Shown here: one piece after another, positions 1-9,279 of the stretch
How positions within the stretch are numbered: position 1 is the first letter of the stretch
Layout: the number at the start of each line of letters is the position of its first letter
NCBI GenBank assembly: GCA_017561885.1
Contig: JAFZBF010000032.1
Coordinates: forward strand, 3,618 to 67,617
DNA length: 64,000 nt
Direction of reading: 5' to 3'
Source: Bacteroidales bacterium
Lineage (GTDB): Bacteria > Bacteroidota > Bacteroidia > Bacteroidales > UBA932
Translations under genes and position numbers: made by a program
Notes under the pieces: model-generated
The model's input: the letters and a program-made list of their open reading frames with translations, nothing else
Told to the model about the DNA's origin: nothing
The model's database searches: none

Positions 1-449
1 TTTCCGGTTTGAAGCAAGTTTTCTTTTTCTAAAACTGGTACTAAATAAACGGAAACGATTTCATTTGGAGTATATATGTAATCGGAAACACTAGCGTATT
101 TGCTTATAAGATTATCGTTAGGAACAGAATAACATCTGAACCCCTTTACCGGCATATCTAATAAGAATAATCTTCCATCCTGAAAACAAGAATCTACAAG
201 AACAAGGTGTTCGTTAATTCTATTTATTTGAATAGGATACAAATAATCGATATCATTGAAGCTGTTAAGATAATACCCTAGTTTCGCATTAATCATATTA
301 ACTGTATCGGGGATATAAATATACACATCTCTAGTATTGCTTTTTAGATTGCAGAGATATGAAGAATTAGCGGATTGTTTATTGATTTGTATAAGAACAA
401 TAAACAAGGCAATGAACACACATATTATTATGTATAGTACTTTTTTCAT
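1..449 (-). CDS. Partial ORF running off the left window edge (not in supplied ORF track): small membrane-anchored protein, candidate immunity protein for the adjacent RHS toxin
   Basis: Manual reverse-strand translation from ATG at 449..447 gives MKKVLYIIICVFIALFIVLIQINKQSANSSYLCNLKSNTRDVYIYIPDTVNMINAKLGYYLNSFNDIDYLYPIQINRINEHLVLVDSCFQDGRLFLLDMPVKGFRCYSVPNDNLISKYASVSDYIYTPNEIVSVYLVPVLEKENLLQTG. There is no stop before position 1. It has a hydrophobic N-terminal helix, sits on the same strand 57 nt after the RHS stop, and shares the AT-rich composition of the toxin tip. Confidence 0.6.
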   Translation of the reverse strand, partial: MKKVLYIIICVFIALFIVLIQINKQSANSSYLCNLKSNTRDVYIYIPDTVNMINAKLGYYLNSFNDIDYLYPIQINRINEHLVLVDSCFQDGRLFLLDMPVKGFRCYSVPNDNLISKYASVSDYIYTPNEIVSVYLVPVLEKENLLQTG

Positions 450-506
450 TCTCAAAGAAAATGTCTCATCGAGTATAATAATATGAGCTCGATGAGACAA
501 AAATGA

Positions 507-3500
507 TTACTTAAACAACTGATTAACCCACAGGAACAATGATGATATAAAATCATTGTGCCCTTTTTCGGACTCCACGATTGCATTAATTTGTTCCTGT
601 GTTATTGATGATGTACGATTTGAGTCTGGAGAAGTAGACATTAAAGTGTTATCAATATGTCCTTTAATACCAAGAAGATGTCCTAATTCATGCGCTCCAG
701 TTAAACTTTGTCTATTTGTCCCAGGAATAACCATTGAATATTTAGAATTAACTTTAACTGAATTTGTTTGAACATATGTTCTGCCACTATCCTCTTCTCC
801 GTTTGCGTTTATCATCCTTTCGTCAGTTACCTCGTATGTGTTTTTATCGGTTTGATTATTATCAAGGAAAGGGCTTTCAACAACAATAATGTCATAGAGT
901 ACTCTAAAACTTTTGTCTCCAATGAAATAATAATCTTCTTTTCGATTATTCCAATAACTCGCAGCTTGCTTTGCGGATGCCATTGATTTGGTATCAGCAA
1001 AAATGGTAGCAGAGACCGTTACAGAGTTATGTCTCCACTTTCTGGACCAATCCTTGCCATCGAGATCCACTAGATTCATCGGATTCCCGGCACAGTATGC
1101 ATACGGGCTGAAGTTATAGTATTTCTCGGCCAGCGGGTCGAGGGTGTTGAAGCGACCGGGGATGGGATCAAGGAAGCGGGCACCAAAGTCATATTCACCG
1201 CTTTCTGTGGACAGTTCCTTGCCGATGAAGCGATATCGGCTGTCGGAAATATTGGAAGAAGGGATTGTATGCCTGTTGTCGGTAATCAAACCACCATACG
1301 GGTAGTAGTGGTTTACCTGCATCACAGTGCCGTCTGAAGCAGCAACAACACGAACGCTTCCGAGATGGTCGGTAAGGAAGAAACGGTAAGCCGGACTGCT
1401 GCCAGTCATGTCTGCATAACCACCATCGAATATGATTTTCTTAAGCGATCCGTTCTCGTAAATCATATTTCCGACATAATCTCGCGTTATGGTTGAATTG
1501 TTATTGGTCGTCACCTTTTCCTGATATTTCACTCCATCAGAGCCGTATTTCCTGTCGATAATGATGTCACTTCCTATGGTTTCCTGTTGGGGAAGATCAA
1601 GCAGGTTGTATGTCACCGTACGGGATGTTCCTTGGGTAGCGGATGTCTGTCGGCCTTTGGCGTCATATGTGGCGACACTCGAAATCTGGTTGCCAGAGAG
1701 AGTCGGCGACAGACTCAGAACGGTCGTGGACGAAGTGCCAGCTGAATTCAATCCTTTATGCTGGATGCTTGAAAGGTTTGTATTCCTGTCATAAGAGTAG
1801 GTCGCATTGAACGCTCCTGAAATAGCATCTTCAACGTAGGTCGCAGCAGTAAGCCGTGAGAGTTTGTCATAAGTGAAGTCGTAGTGACGCAACCTGTTTT
1901 CGTCGCCCGCTTCCCAGTCCATTCCGCTTATATTACCACCCCACTGTCGATAGGTGGAAGATGCTGCGTCCTGATACTGGAGTGATTCTGAGAATAGTCC
2001 GCCGGAAATCTCCGTCAGCCAGGATCGAAGGTTGTACGCATATTCGGATTTGAGTTTTGCCTCTAATGTTGAGCTTGCTCCCGAACCAGTCCGTTTGGTC
2101 TCTGCGAGTCTGCCGATTCCGTCATAACTAAGGCTTGCAATGGTAACGGCAGAACCGCTTCCAATTTTGTGTGTAGTAACGGTCGGACGTCCCATAGTAT
2201 CATAAGAGTATGTCGTTGTTTGTGTCACGGAAGAGCCAAGAGATGGAATGTGGGTGGTTTTAAACAAGGTACGATTGCCGGAAAAATCGTAACCCATCCA
2301 GTTCTTGGTGACTCCTCCCGTCTGTGTGGATTCCCGACTCTGTGCGACTCTTCCGTACTTGTCATAATAATATACAAACCAAAGATATTGATTTCCAGTA
2401 GTATTGTCAAGAACTCGGGTGAGATTGCCAGTCAAAAGACCTCGTGAGTTTGAATGCAGTGAGGCATAGCCGGCTCCGGGACTGTCAGAAGTCACGTCGG
2501 AACTATTGGCTGCAGGGAAACCTGCACCTCCTACGGTAAGGAACTTCATCCAGTCATAGTAGTTCACAGATAAGAGTGTGGGCGATAACAAGGTTATGTC
2601 AGTAACCGTATATCCTTTGAATGTGCCGGAGTATGTCGGCGTCTTTGGCAATTCCGCGTGTATATCATAAGCCTTATAAGGATCATCGAATGCATCGAGA
2701 GTGAGAGTGGCGGTTCCGGAGACTGCAGGCCGGCCAATATTGTCGACCAAACCGAAAGTCCATTGGTTGGATGAGCGCTGGACTGCGTCCTGCGTCATCA
2801 CCGGACGGTTGTATTTGTCATAGACAATATATGTCCATCCACCTCCGGGCAACGACTTTGCAATGCAGTTTCCGCGACTATCATAACGGTATATATATGC
2901 CAGACTGGAGATTGAAGATTCTGACCATGAAGACGTGCTACTACCGATAGTGTTGGTTAGTTTTGGTGGAATGACGACAACGAGCCTCCCCATATCATCA
3001 TAGACATAATGGGTGTCATACCATCCTGTGGAAGAGGTTGTCATCAGTCTTCTTTCAAGGACTTTCTCTCCATAAGAGTTATAGAATTCCAGGACAACGC
3101 GACTGTCTTCGTCCGTAGTCTTGAATACTTTGAGCGTTGCTGCTGAGGAAGCAGTCTTTTTTGAAATGCTTAGCGTTCCAGATGAAGACAAGCTTGCTTT
3201 GAAGCCGCGGTGGTAAAGCATATTCGAAGAAACGGAACTGTTGGACATCATTCCGTGTTCAATGTCTTTAGTGGCAGTTCTCCAATCTGCGCCAGCACCG
3301 TATTCGGAAATGATGCGCTCTCGTGGAGATGTTTCGTATGTGGCCTCATTGTAAGGATATGTATCTGAGTAAAAACTTTGTCCGGCAGATTGAGCTGCAT
3401 CAGAAAATGTCCCTGTAATTGTGCCGGAAATAGGAGTCGGAATCCATTTTTTCCACAGACGTCCCGCACTGTCATAGCTCTGAGCTGTGAGGATGTCCTC

Positions 3501-6500
3501 TCCGGCACCTCCACCATTTTCAAGTATTTCAGCTACAGGCCGGCCGAGACCGTCCATATAACGAACAGCACTGCGATAAGTCGTTCCTCCAGTTGTTGTG
3601 TGAGTTTTTTCAGTGATGCTGTTGTGATTAATCTTCGCGTTGTTTTGCGAGGTGGTGTCCGCATAATAATAGACATACGACTTGACATTGTTCCCTTCGT
3701 CGTTCTTGACATAGGTGAGTCGTCCGAGGTTGTCGTACTCGTATGTTTCAGTCACGCCTCTAACATCAGTTGCCGACCGCATTTTTCCGGCAGGGTACCA
3801 GGTGTATGAAGTAACATTTGAATAGGCAGGATATATGCGGATGTTGTCAACGACCTTGCCGGATGCGCCCACAGTGACATTGCCTCCGGTGTAGGACATA
3901 CTGTTGTAAGTCCAGGTGCTGCCGCTCTTGAGCATATAATCAAGGATATACTCCCTGTCGGATGGGATACTCAGGTTTACTGTTTTTGTCCCGCTATGAC
4001 CGTGAGCGCTGTTGAATCCGGCTGTAGATCCGGTTTCATCCTCGAAGTTATATATGACAGCTACATCGGACGTTCCCGAATGAGTGGTCACAGCGTCATA
4101 GTACCTGAGTTGGATGGTGCCATAAGGATGGGTAGGGGTGCCAGATCCTGTGCGATAGTCCATTTCTTGTATAGTAATGGTATGGTCGCCGGCGGGAACG
4201 GTGAACTCAGCAACGCCGCTATAGCTCATCAAATACTGAACCCAAGAGTTTGGAACGGTTCCTGGAATTTGAGAAGAAACGATGTATGTGCTTTGGTTAT
4301 CTACTTGTACCAGGTAAAGCCAATCATAATATGAACTGCCATATATTGTAGCTGTCACGGTATGCGCTGCAGTTGTGCTGAAATAATATGTGGCCGACAT
4401 GGATCCACCAAAATCTATCTCATAGTTCACTATTCTCAGGCTGTCGGAAAAAGAAACAGATGGTGTTCGTGCTCCTTTTGCGACCATAATTGGGTTAAGG
4501 GCATCCTTGCCCCATTCGTAAATAGTCGAGATGCCGTCCGAGTTTACAATGCCAGTGATATTCCCGTGGCTATCGTAACTTCGATAGTCAATGTCCGGAA
4601 CAGCAGAGCGATATGATGATGGTGAGCTGTTATAAGTAGAGAGATTGACGGGTGATGACAATTCGGCAGAATAGAGTTTGTCCGGAAGCCAGGTAGTGGC
4701 ATAGCCAGATTCAGTATCAATACTTTCCGGTCGGAAAGTCATCTCCTTGGCGGCGATGACTTTCCCTTGCCGGAGAGTAGCTATCCCTACAGGGACTCCT
4801 GCCATACCAGCATCTGCCATCCGCGTGTATATTATACCACTGCGGTCTCCCGGATAATAAGTCACAGTACCGTCTGTTGCAGATCCAACAGTATGGGTTA
4901 CGTTTGTCGACCGACGAAAAGAGTTGTATTCATAGCTGTAGGAATCACTAAGATTATTGCCTGAATCAGGTTTTTCTGTAACTGTTTTTGAATAGAGATA
5001 AGGGAAGCCGCAGTAGATTACGTTGTAAGATGCTAATGCAACCGGCCCCATATCCAAGCGTTTTGTTATTGTTTTCAACACATCCGTATGGCTGAAAGAG
5101 TAGTTGTTGACTTCCTTATGAACGGTTTGCCCGGAACCGTTTAAATCCTCTTTTTCGAGAAGTAGCCCCCGGAACAATTCTGCACTTGTGATGGCTGAAA
5201 GCATATATATGTCACTATTCTGGTCTGCAAGGACATTGATTGGTGCGGAGTCTGTAGCATCTGTGGTTTCGTGGTTCGAATACTTGTAGATTGTAGAACC
5301 TCCTGCTCCTCTGTCCTCTATAACGCGACTATACGTGATGTGGTTACCATCTGTATCAGACAACATATTTAGCGGCTCTTCACTATACATAGAATATGTT
5401 ATATTATATGTATCAACAGTCGGGAGACCAGCAAATAGCACCAAACTACCATTCTTTTTGAATTGTTGACGACCGGACAAGATGCCGGAAGAATGTGTTG
5501 CACCGGAATAACTACCCACATATGAGAATGATCTCGTTTCTGAAGTGCCTCGGAATGGGTTGTCGGTGATTGTTTTTATTCGCAGTCCTCCAGCAATACT
5601 GTCTGCAGGGTTTGTCGTTATCGAAAAAGGCAGTTGTTTGGCTGTCCTATAGTATGAGTGAGGTTCATATTCGAAAGTTGTACGTCCACCTGTCGGGTAC
5701 ACGATTTCTTCAAGAATCTCCGCCTTCATAAGATTGACGTTAGGATTTCGAATGCTGTATAGTTGATCCGTTTGAATATAGTTGTAATAGTCTGTCCCGT
5801 TAAAATATCCCCATCGGTCTGTCTTTCTGGAATTATATTCCGGTAACGTAGTGCTGTTATAACGGAATTCATATTTATTGTCTGTCGTCCCATTGACTCC
5901 TGTTAAAAATTTGACTGAATTGAGTTTCAGTCGTGTATTGGTGTTGTTTGTATAAGAGAAAGATATGTTCCTGTCAGTACCGGAGATATTATCAAGTTTA
6001 AGATAGTAACTCCTGTCCATGAAATCGTTGAAAGAGAAACTGAAGGTAGAACCCTGATAATAACCAACGCGCAGTTGGAAATCCTGCTCGTCGATTGAAT
6101 AATTTAATTCTTGACTTTGAGAACTGTTGAATGTCAGGCTGTCCCCGGAGAGTCGACAAGAAATGGATTCCAAATAGAGGGGGCGAAGGAAAGTAATAGA
6201 CAGATTGTTCTTTGCATATGGGTCATAATATGTGTCGTAACCGCAGGCTCCCAATGTCGTCATGCCGAATGTTCCGGTATAAACAAAACCGTGATGAAAA
6301 TCGTGAACGACTATTGGAATGCCGTCTTGTTTGTATGTAAAGGATATTACTTCTCCATCCGGACGCTCTATCTTTGTCAGCATCCAGGTATTTGCGGTGG
6401 CAATGGCATTCCAGACGGATGTGTTTTGATATGTCGCTCCTCCTGTCGGGTAAATGGTTGAATGCTGGACAATTGAATACTCGATAGAGTTGTCATCACC

Positions 6501-7280
6501 TCCGAAATAGTATGCATTTCCTTCCCTGTCCCGTATCACGAATGATTTTAGATACGTATATCGCCTTGCCCGGCGCTTGTTGTTTTGATTGGACGGATGT
6601 GTATACATCACTAAACCGGTGCTTTCCGTATCTGTTTCAATTGTCCAACTGACATCAAATGAAGCATCTCCCTTGGAGACAATCTGTACCTCATTATCCC
6701 CTGTTATGTAGAACGTGGCTTGTAGCCCCTCAATGTTCAATAGGAATTCATCTGGTTCGTGATCCATCGTATAATACCCTCCGTAGTATGAATAGTGGTA
6801 AAGGGTATCATCGTTGTTCCAATTTATCTCATTCTGCGTTTCAGATAAATGGAATAAATAGCCAGGATCAAAAGCTGGAACAACCCCTCCGCTACCAAGA
6901 GTACTGCTGTATTCATCTTTTGAGAGATCGTCTTTCCTGCCGTGGATAATCCTGGTAATAGAGCCTCCAGCATGCAATGACCAACCTTGCCCCACCCAAC
7001 CAGGATGCTGGTCTGGGCGGTTGCCACCTGCATAGTATGTCAGATAGACGGGAAGCGAATAGCCTTTTGCCCTTACCTCGGTTAAAGGAACCGAGATGTT
7101 TGGCAGGCCGTTGAAATAGCTAACGGGGATTTTCCCATATTTCCCCATTTCATGGGCGGTGGGACTCAGAACCTGAAGCTCGAAGTGTTGGAAACCATTC
7201 TGCTGTGCACAGAGAGTCTGACTTAAGCATCCGGCAATAATAATGCAGGAAGCCAATATTGAAATGCTTCTTTTTTTCAT
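507..7280 (-). CDS. Secreted RHS/YD-repeat polymorphic toxin (TcB/TcC-like shell) with a C-terminal zinc-metallopeptidase-like toxin domain
   Basis: 2257-aa ORF. N-terminal signal peptide MKKRSISILASCIIIAGCLSQTLCAQQ. SpvB/TcB-N-like motif GWVGQGWSLHAGGSITR. Many YD repeats (YEYDNLGRL, YDSAGRL, YVYDDMGRL, YRYDSRGN, YYYDKYGRV, YSYDTMGRP, LSYDGIGRL, FTYDKLSRL, TYDAKGRQ). RHS core end YDFGARFLDPIPGRFNTLDPLAEKYYNFSPYAYCAGNPMNLVDLDG, followed by a variable tail containing HELGH. Confidence 0.9.
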   Translation of the reverse strand: MKKRSISILASCIIIAGCLSQTLCAQQNGFQHFELQVLSPTAHEMGKYGKIPVSYFNGLPNISVPLTEVRAKGYSLPVYLTYYAGGNRPDQHPGWVGQGWSLHAGGSITRIIHGRKDDLSKDEYSSTLGSGGVVPAFDPGYLFHLSETQNEINWNNDDTLYHYSYYGGYYTMDHEPDEFLLNIEGLQATFYITGDNEVQIVSKGDASFDVSWTIETDTESTGLVMYTHPSNQNNKRRARRYTYLKSFVIRDREGNAYYFGGDDNSIEYSIVQHSTIYPTGGATYQNTSVWNAIATANTWMLTKIERPDGEVISFTYKQDGIPIVVHDFHHGFVYTGTFGMTTLGACGYDTYYDPYAKNNLSITFLRPLYLESISCRLSGDSLTFNSSQSQELNYSIDEQDFQLRVGYYQGSTFSFSFNDFMDRSYYLKLDNISGTDRNISFSYTNNTNTRLKLNSVKFLTGVNGTTDNKYEFRYNSTTLPEYNSRKTDRWGYFNGTDYYNYIQTDQLYSIRNPNVNLMKAEILEEIVYPTGGRTTFEYEPHSYYRTAKQLPFSITTNPADSIAGGLRIKTITDNPFRGTSETRSFSYVGSYSGATHSSGILSGRQQFKKNGSLVLFAGLPTVDTYNITYSMYSEEPLNMLSDTDGNHITYSRVIEDRGAGGSTIYKYSNHETTDATDSAPINVLADQNSDIYMLSAITSAELFRGLLLEKEDLNGSGQTVHKEVNNYSFSHTDVLKTITKRLDMGPVALASYNVIYCGFPYLYSKTVTEKPDSGNNLSDSYSYEYNSFRRSTNVTHTVGSATDGTVTYYPGDRSGIIYTRMADAGMAGVPVGIATLRQGKVIAAKEMTFRPESIDTESGYATTWLPDKLYSAELSSPVNLSTYNSSPSSYRSAVPDIDYRSYDSHGNITGIVNSDGISTIYEWGKDALNPIMVAKGARTPSVSFSDSLRIVNYEIDFGGSMSATYYFSTTAAHTVTATIYGSSYYDWLYLVQVDNQSTYIVSSQIPGTVPNSWVQYLMSYSGVAEFTVPAGDHTITIQEMDYRTGSGTPTHPYGTIQLRYYDAVTTHSGTSDVAVIYNFEDETGSTAGFNSAHGHSGTKTVNLSIPSDREYILDYMLKSGSTWTYNSMSYTGGNVTVGASGKVVDNIRIYPAYSNVTSYTWYPAGKMRSATDVRGVTETYEYDNLGRLTYVKNDEGNNVKSYVYYYADTTSQNNAKINHNSITEKTHTTTGGTTYRSAVRYMDGLGRPVAEILENGGGAGEDILTAQSYDSAGRLWKKWIPTPISGTITGTFSDAAQSAGQSFYSDTYPYNEATYETSPRERIISEYGAGADWRTATKDIEHGMMSNSSVSSNMLYHRGFKASLSSSGTLSISKKTASSAATLKVFKTTDEDSRVVLEFYNSYGEKVLERRLMTTSSTGWYDTHYVYDDMGRLVVVIPPKLTNTIGSSTSSWSESSISSLAYIYRYDSRGNCIAKSLPGGGWTYIVYDKYNRPVMTQDAVQRSSNQWTFGLVDNIGRPAVSGTATLTLDAFDDPYKAYDIHAELPKTPTYSGTFKGYTVTDITLLSPTLLSVNYYDWMKFLTVGGAGFPAANSSDVTSDSPGAGYASLHSNSRGLLTGNLTRVLDNTTGNQYLWFVYYYDKYGRVAQSRESTQTGGVTKNWMGYDFSGNRTLFKTTHIPSLGSSVTQTTTYSYDTMGRPTVTTHKIGSGSAVTIASLSYDGIGRLAETKRTGSGASSTLEAKLKSEYAYNLRSWLTEISGGLFSESLQYQDAASSTYRQWGGNISGMDWEAGDENRLRHYDFTYDKLSRLTAATYVEDAISGAFNATYSYDRNTNLSSIQHKGLNSAGTSSTTVLSLSPTLSGNQISSVATYDAKGRQTSATQGTSRTVTYNLLDLPQQETIGSDIIIDRKYGSDGVKYQEKVTTNNNSTITRDYVGNMIYENGSLKKIIFDGGYADMTGSSPAYRFFLTDHLGSVRVVAASDGTVMQVNHYYPYGGLITDNRHTIPSSNISDSRYRFIGKELSTESGEYDFGARFLDPIPGRFNTLDPLAEKYYNFSPYAYCAGNPMNLVDLDGKDWSRKWRHNSVTVSATIFADTKSMASAKQAASYWNNRKEDYYFIGDKSFRVLYDIIVVESPFLDNNQTDKNTYEVTDERMINANGEEDSGRTYVQTNSVKVNSKYSMVIPGTNRQSLTGAHELGHLLGIKGHIDNTLMSTSPDSNRTSSITQEQINAIVESEKGHNDFISSLFLWVNQLFK
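510..1055 (-). other. Variable C-terminal toxin module of the RHS protein (182 aa after the DLDG core end) with an HExxH zincin-like motif
   Basis: The tail starts KDWSRKWRHN after NPMNLVDLDG. The motif TGAHELGHLLGIKGH has its HELGH encoded at 678..692, with a possible Met-turn (NTLMST) downstream. Composition switches visibly to AT-rich exactly at this boundary. Confidence 0.6.
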
Positions 7281-7432
7281 AGTAATGAATTAATGGCTTT
7301 AGCATTTCAAAGGTCGGCTGCCAAATGTTTGATTCAAAGAAAAGACGGTAACTGTTTGCTGTATGTAGAAGGTTGATAATAAGGCGGTAATATAATTTGG
7401 GGAGTAACACTGTCAGTTCTTGGGGAGAGAGT

Positions 7433-9091
7433 TTATTTGTATTGCTGCTCCAAGCGAGAGTTTTTCATCTCAAGAAGCCTCAGGAAGAGTTCCTCATCCG
7501 GAGCATTGGCGGCCTTGATTTCTTTGCGGAAACGGGATCTGGCAGTCTTGAGGCTTTCGATGGATACACGATTCATTACAAGTTGCACTGTACTGTAGGG
7601 CAATCCGGCGAAGAACAGTGAGATTAGCTTGCGGTTTTCTCCTTTGATTGCCGGCACTTGATCCTTGAGTTTTGTCATCACTCCATCGCAATATCGGTCA
7701 AGATCTTTTTCCAGAGAGAGGAACAAATCGTCGTTCGTTCTTAAAGCTGCTATTTCTTCCTTAAATTGTTTCAAGGCTATCATTCTCTCCTTGTCGCTAT
7801 TTGAATGGATATAATCTACAGAGAGTTTGTCAAGATGGTTGAACTTTTCACTGAAAAGAGAACCTAAAAGTGAAGCGTTTGCTTGCTCTGCATGCTGAAG
7901 TTCCGATTGTGTGAGGGAGAACTTGAGCATCTGCTCCTGGATTTCCTGTTCTTTTCGTTTCCGATAGGATAGCGTCAACCCAGATAGAAGTGCCAGCGCG
8001 AGTAGGACAGTTGCTGTACCAAGGCGGTTGCGATCGCGTAACCTTCCGGCACGTTCCTCTTGAAACAGAGACTCAGCCTTGTAATAATCCCGCTGGGCGT
8101 TGCTTACGGATTGCTGCAGTAGTACTCGGGTTAATGAATCTTGGATAAATGCGGCCTTTCGTGTGAGTTGGTACGCTTCGTTGTTAATTCCGCGACGGTG
8201 CAGTATGTCAGCATACAGGAAGTCAACGGCATAAGAATCCTCACGACTATTACACATAGCATAAGCATTCCTAAAATACTTGTCTGCAGAATCCCTTTGC
8301 CCAATTCTATCCAGAGCAATGGCATAAAAGCAATAATCCTTAAAATCAAATAAACTATTGGAGGAGATTTGAAATAATCGTACCGCTTCTTCAGGGTCCT
8401 TGTACTTGTTTATCTGTATGATAGCATTCTCAATTGTATAATATTCATTAAGGACATCGTTATTGAATGCAAGCACAGAGTCAAGATGTTGCTCTGCTTT
8501 AGTGAAATCTTGGCTATTGATATAGCTGATTGCTAATCCTAATTCTGCATATGCTGCATAATCAGGATTATCCAAGTATTTAAAATGATAGATTGCCTCA
8601 CTTAAGCAAGCTTGGCATGCCTGATTATTCAAGGTCTTATTGTATACATCTCCTTTTGCCCGTAAAATAAGGCCTGCATAGTAATGATTATCTAAATCCA
8701 AAGCATCTCTTTCCGCCTTTTCAAGTGATACTATTGCGGCTGTGTAATCACAGGCATTATTTTGAATCAACCCATGATAATAATAGGTCATCATCCTATG
8801 TTGTTGATCATCTCGAACAGAGTAATAATCTACAGCAATCTTTATCAATGAGTCTGAGGCTACATCGATGTAGTTCTTATCCAAAGCCGCACTAATAAGC
8901 AGAGCATAAAGGGCTAGATCTTTTTTTGTGGATAGAACATCTGTATCAATAGTTTTCAGTATTGCCAGGCTGCTGTCAGGTTTAATTTGAAGCAACGACT
9001 CGGCTGAGTATAGTTTATTCTGGCTTTCGGTGTTGTAACAAGCTGAAACCAGCGTTGCCAGAATAATTAGAGTATAATAGGTGCATTTCAT
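7433..9091 (-). CDS. Membrane-spanning TPR-repeat protein with a cytoplasmic coiled-coil and a LuxR/HTH-like C-terminus (putative one-component transmembrane regulator)
   Basis: The track ORF is 7433..9118. I prefer the ATG at 9091 (MKCTYYTLIILATLVSACYN, lipobox-like signal) because a TAnnTTTG box lies between 9118 and 9091. The N-terminal ~350 aa is TPR-like and rich in Y/A/L repeats. There is a single internal TM helix, LGTATVLLALALLSGLTLSY. The C-terminus ENRKLISLFFAGLPYSTVQLVMNRVSIESLKTARSRFRKEIKA resembles a LuxR-type HTH. Confidence 0.6.
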   Translation of the reverse strand: MKCTYYTLIILATLVSACYNTESQNKLYSAESLLQIKPDSSLAILKTIDTDVLSTKKDLALYALLISAALDKNYIDVASDSLIKIAVDYYSVRDDQQHRMMTYYYHGLIQNNACDYTAAIVSLEKAERDALDLDNHYYAGLILRAKGDVYNKTLNNQACQACLSEAIYHFKYLDNPDYAAYAELGLAISYINSQDFTKAEQHLDSVLAFNNDVLNEYYTIENAIIQINKYKDPEEAVRLFQISSNSLFDFKDYCFYAIALDRIGQRDSADKYFRNAYAMCNSREDSYAVDFLYADILHRRGINNEAYQLTRKAAFIQDSLTRVLLQQSVSNAQRDYYKAESLFQEERAGRLRDRNRLGTATVLLALALLSGLTLSYRKRKEQEIQEQMLKFSLTQSELQHAEQANASLLGSLFSEKFNHLDKLSVDYIHSNSDKERMIALKQFKEEIAALRTNDDLFLSLEKDLDRYCDGVMTKLKDQVPAIKGENRKLISLFFAGLPYSTVQLVMNRVSIESLKTARSRFRKEIKAANAPDEELFLRLLEMKNSRLEQQYK

Positions 9092-9106
9092 CGTATCACT
9101 ATAATT

Positions 9107-9114
9107 CAAATGTA
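9107..9114 (-). promoter_or_regulatory. Candidate Bacteroidetes -7 promoter box (TACATTTG = TAnnTTTG) for the TPR regulator gene
   Basis: The reverse complement of caaatgta at 9107..9114 is TACATTTG. It ends 16 nt upstream of the ATG at 9091. Confidence 0.35.
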
Positions 9115-9279
9115 ACAATTATAGAACGCATTATGACCTCTTTTAAAGATTTGTTACCTAAGATATGTGATAATGTGCTTAAGGTCAGCTATTTAACAAT
9201 AGGATAATGTTACCTATTATCAGTCATACTTATTAAATGGTAGAGTGATATTTGTAATACTAACTTAAATACCAAACAA

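Noticed and set aside
657-692. Assignment of the RHS toxin tip to the metzincin clan
   Set aside because: The motif is HELGHLLGIKGH, so the third His is one residue further than in the metzincin consensus HExxHxxGxxH. I therefore keep only the generic zincin-like (HExxH) call.
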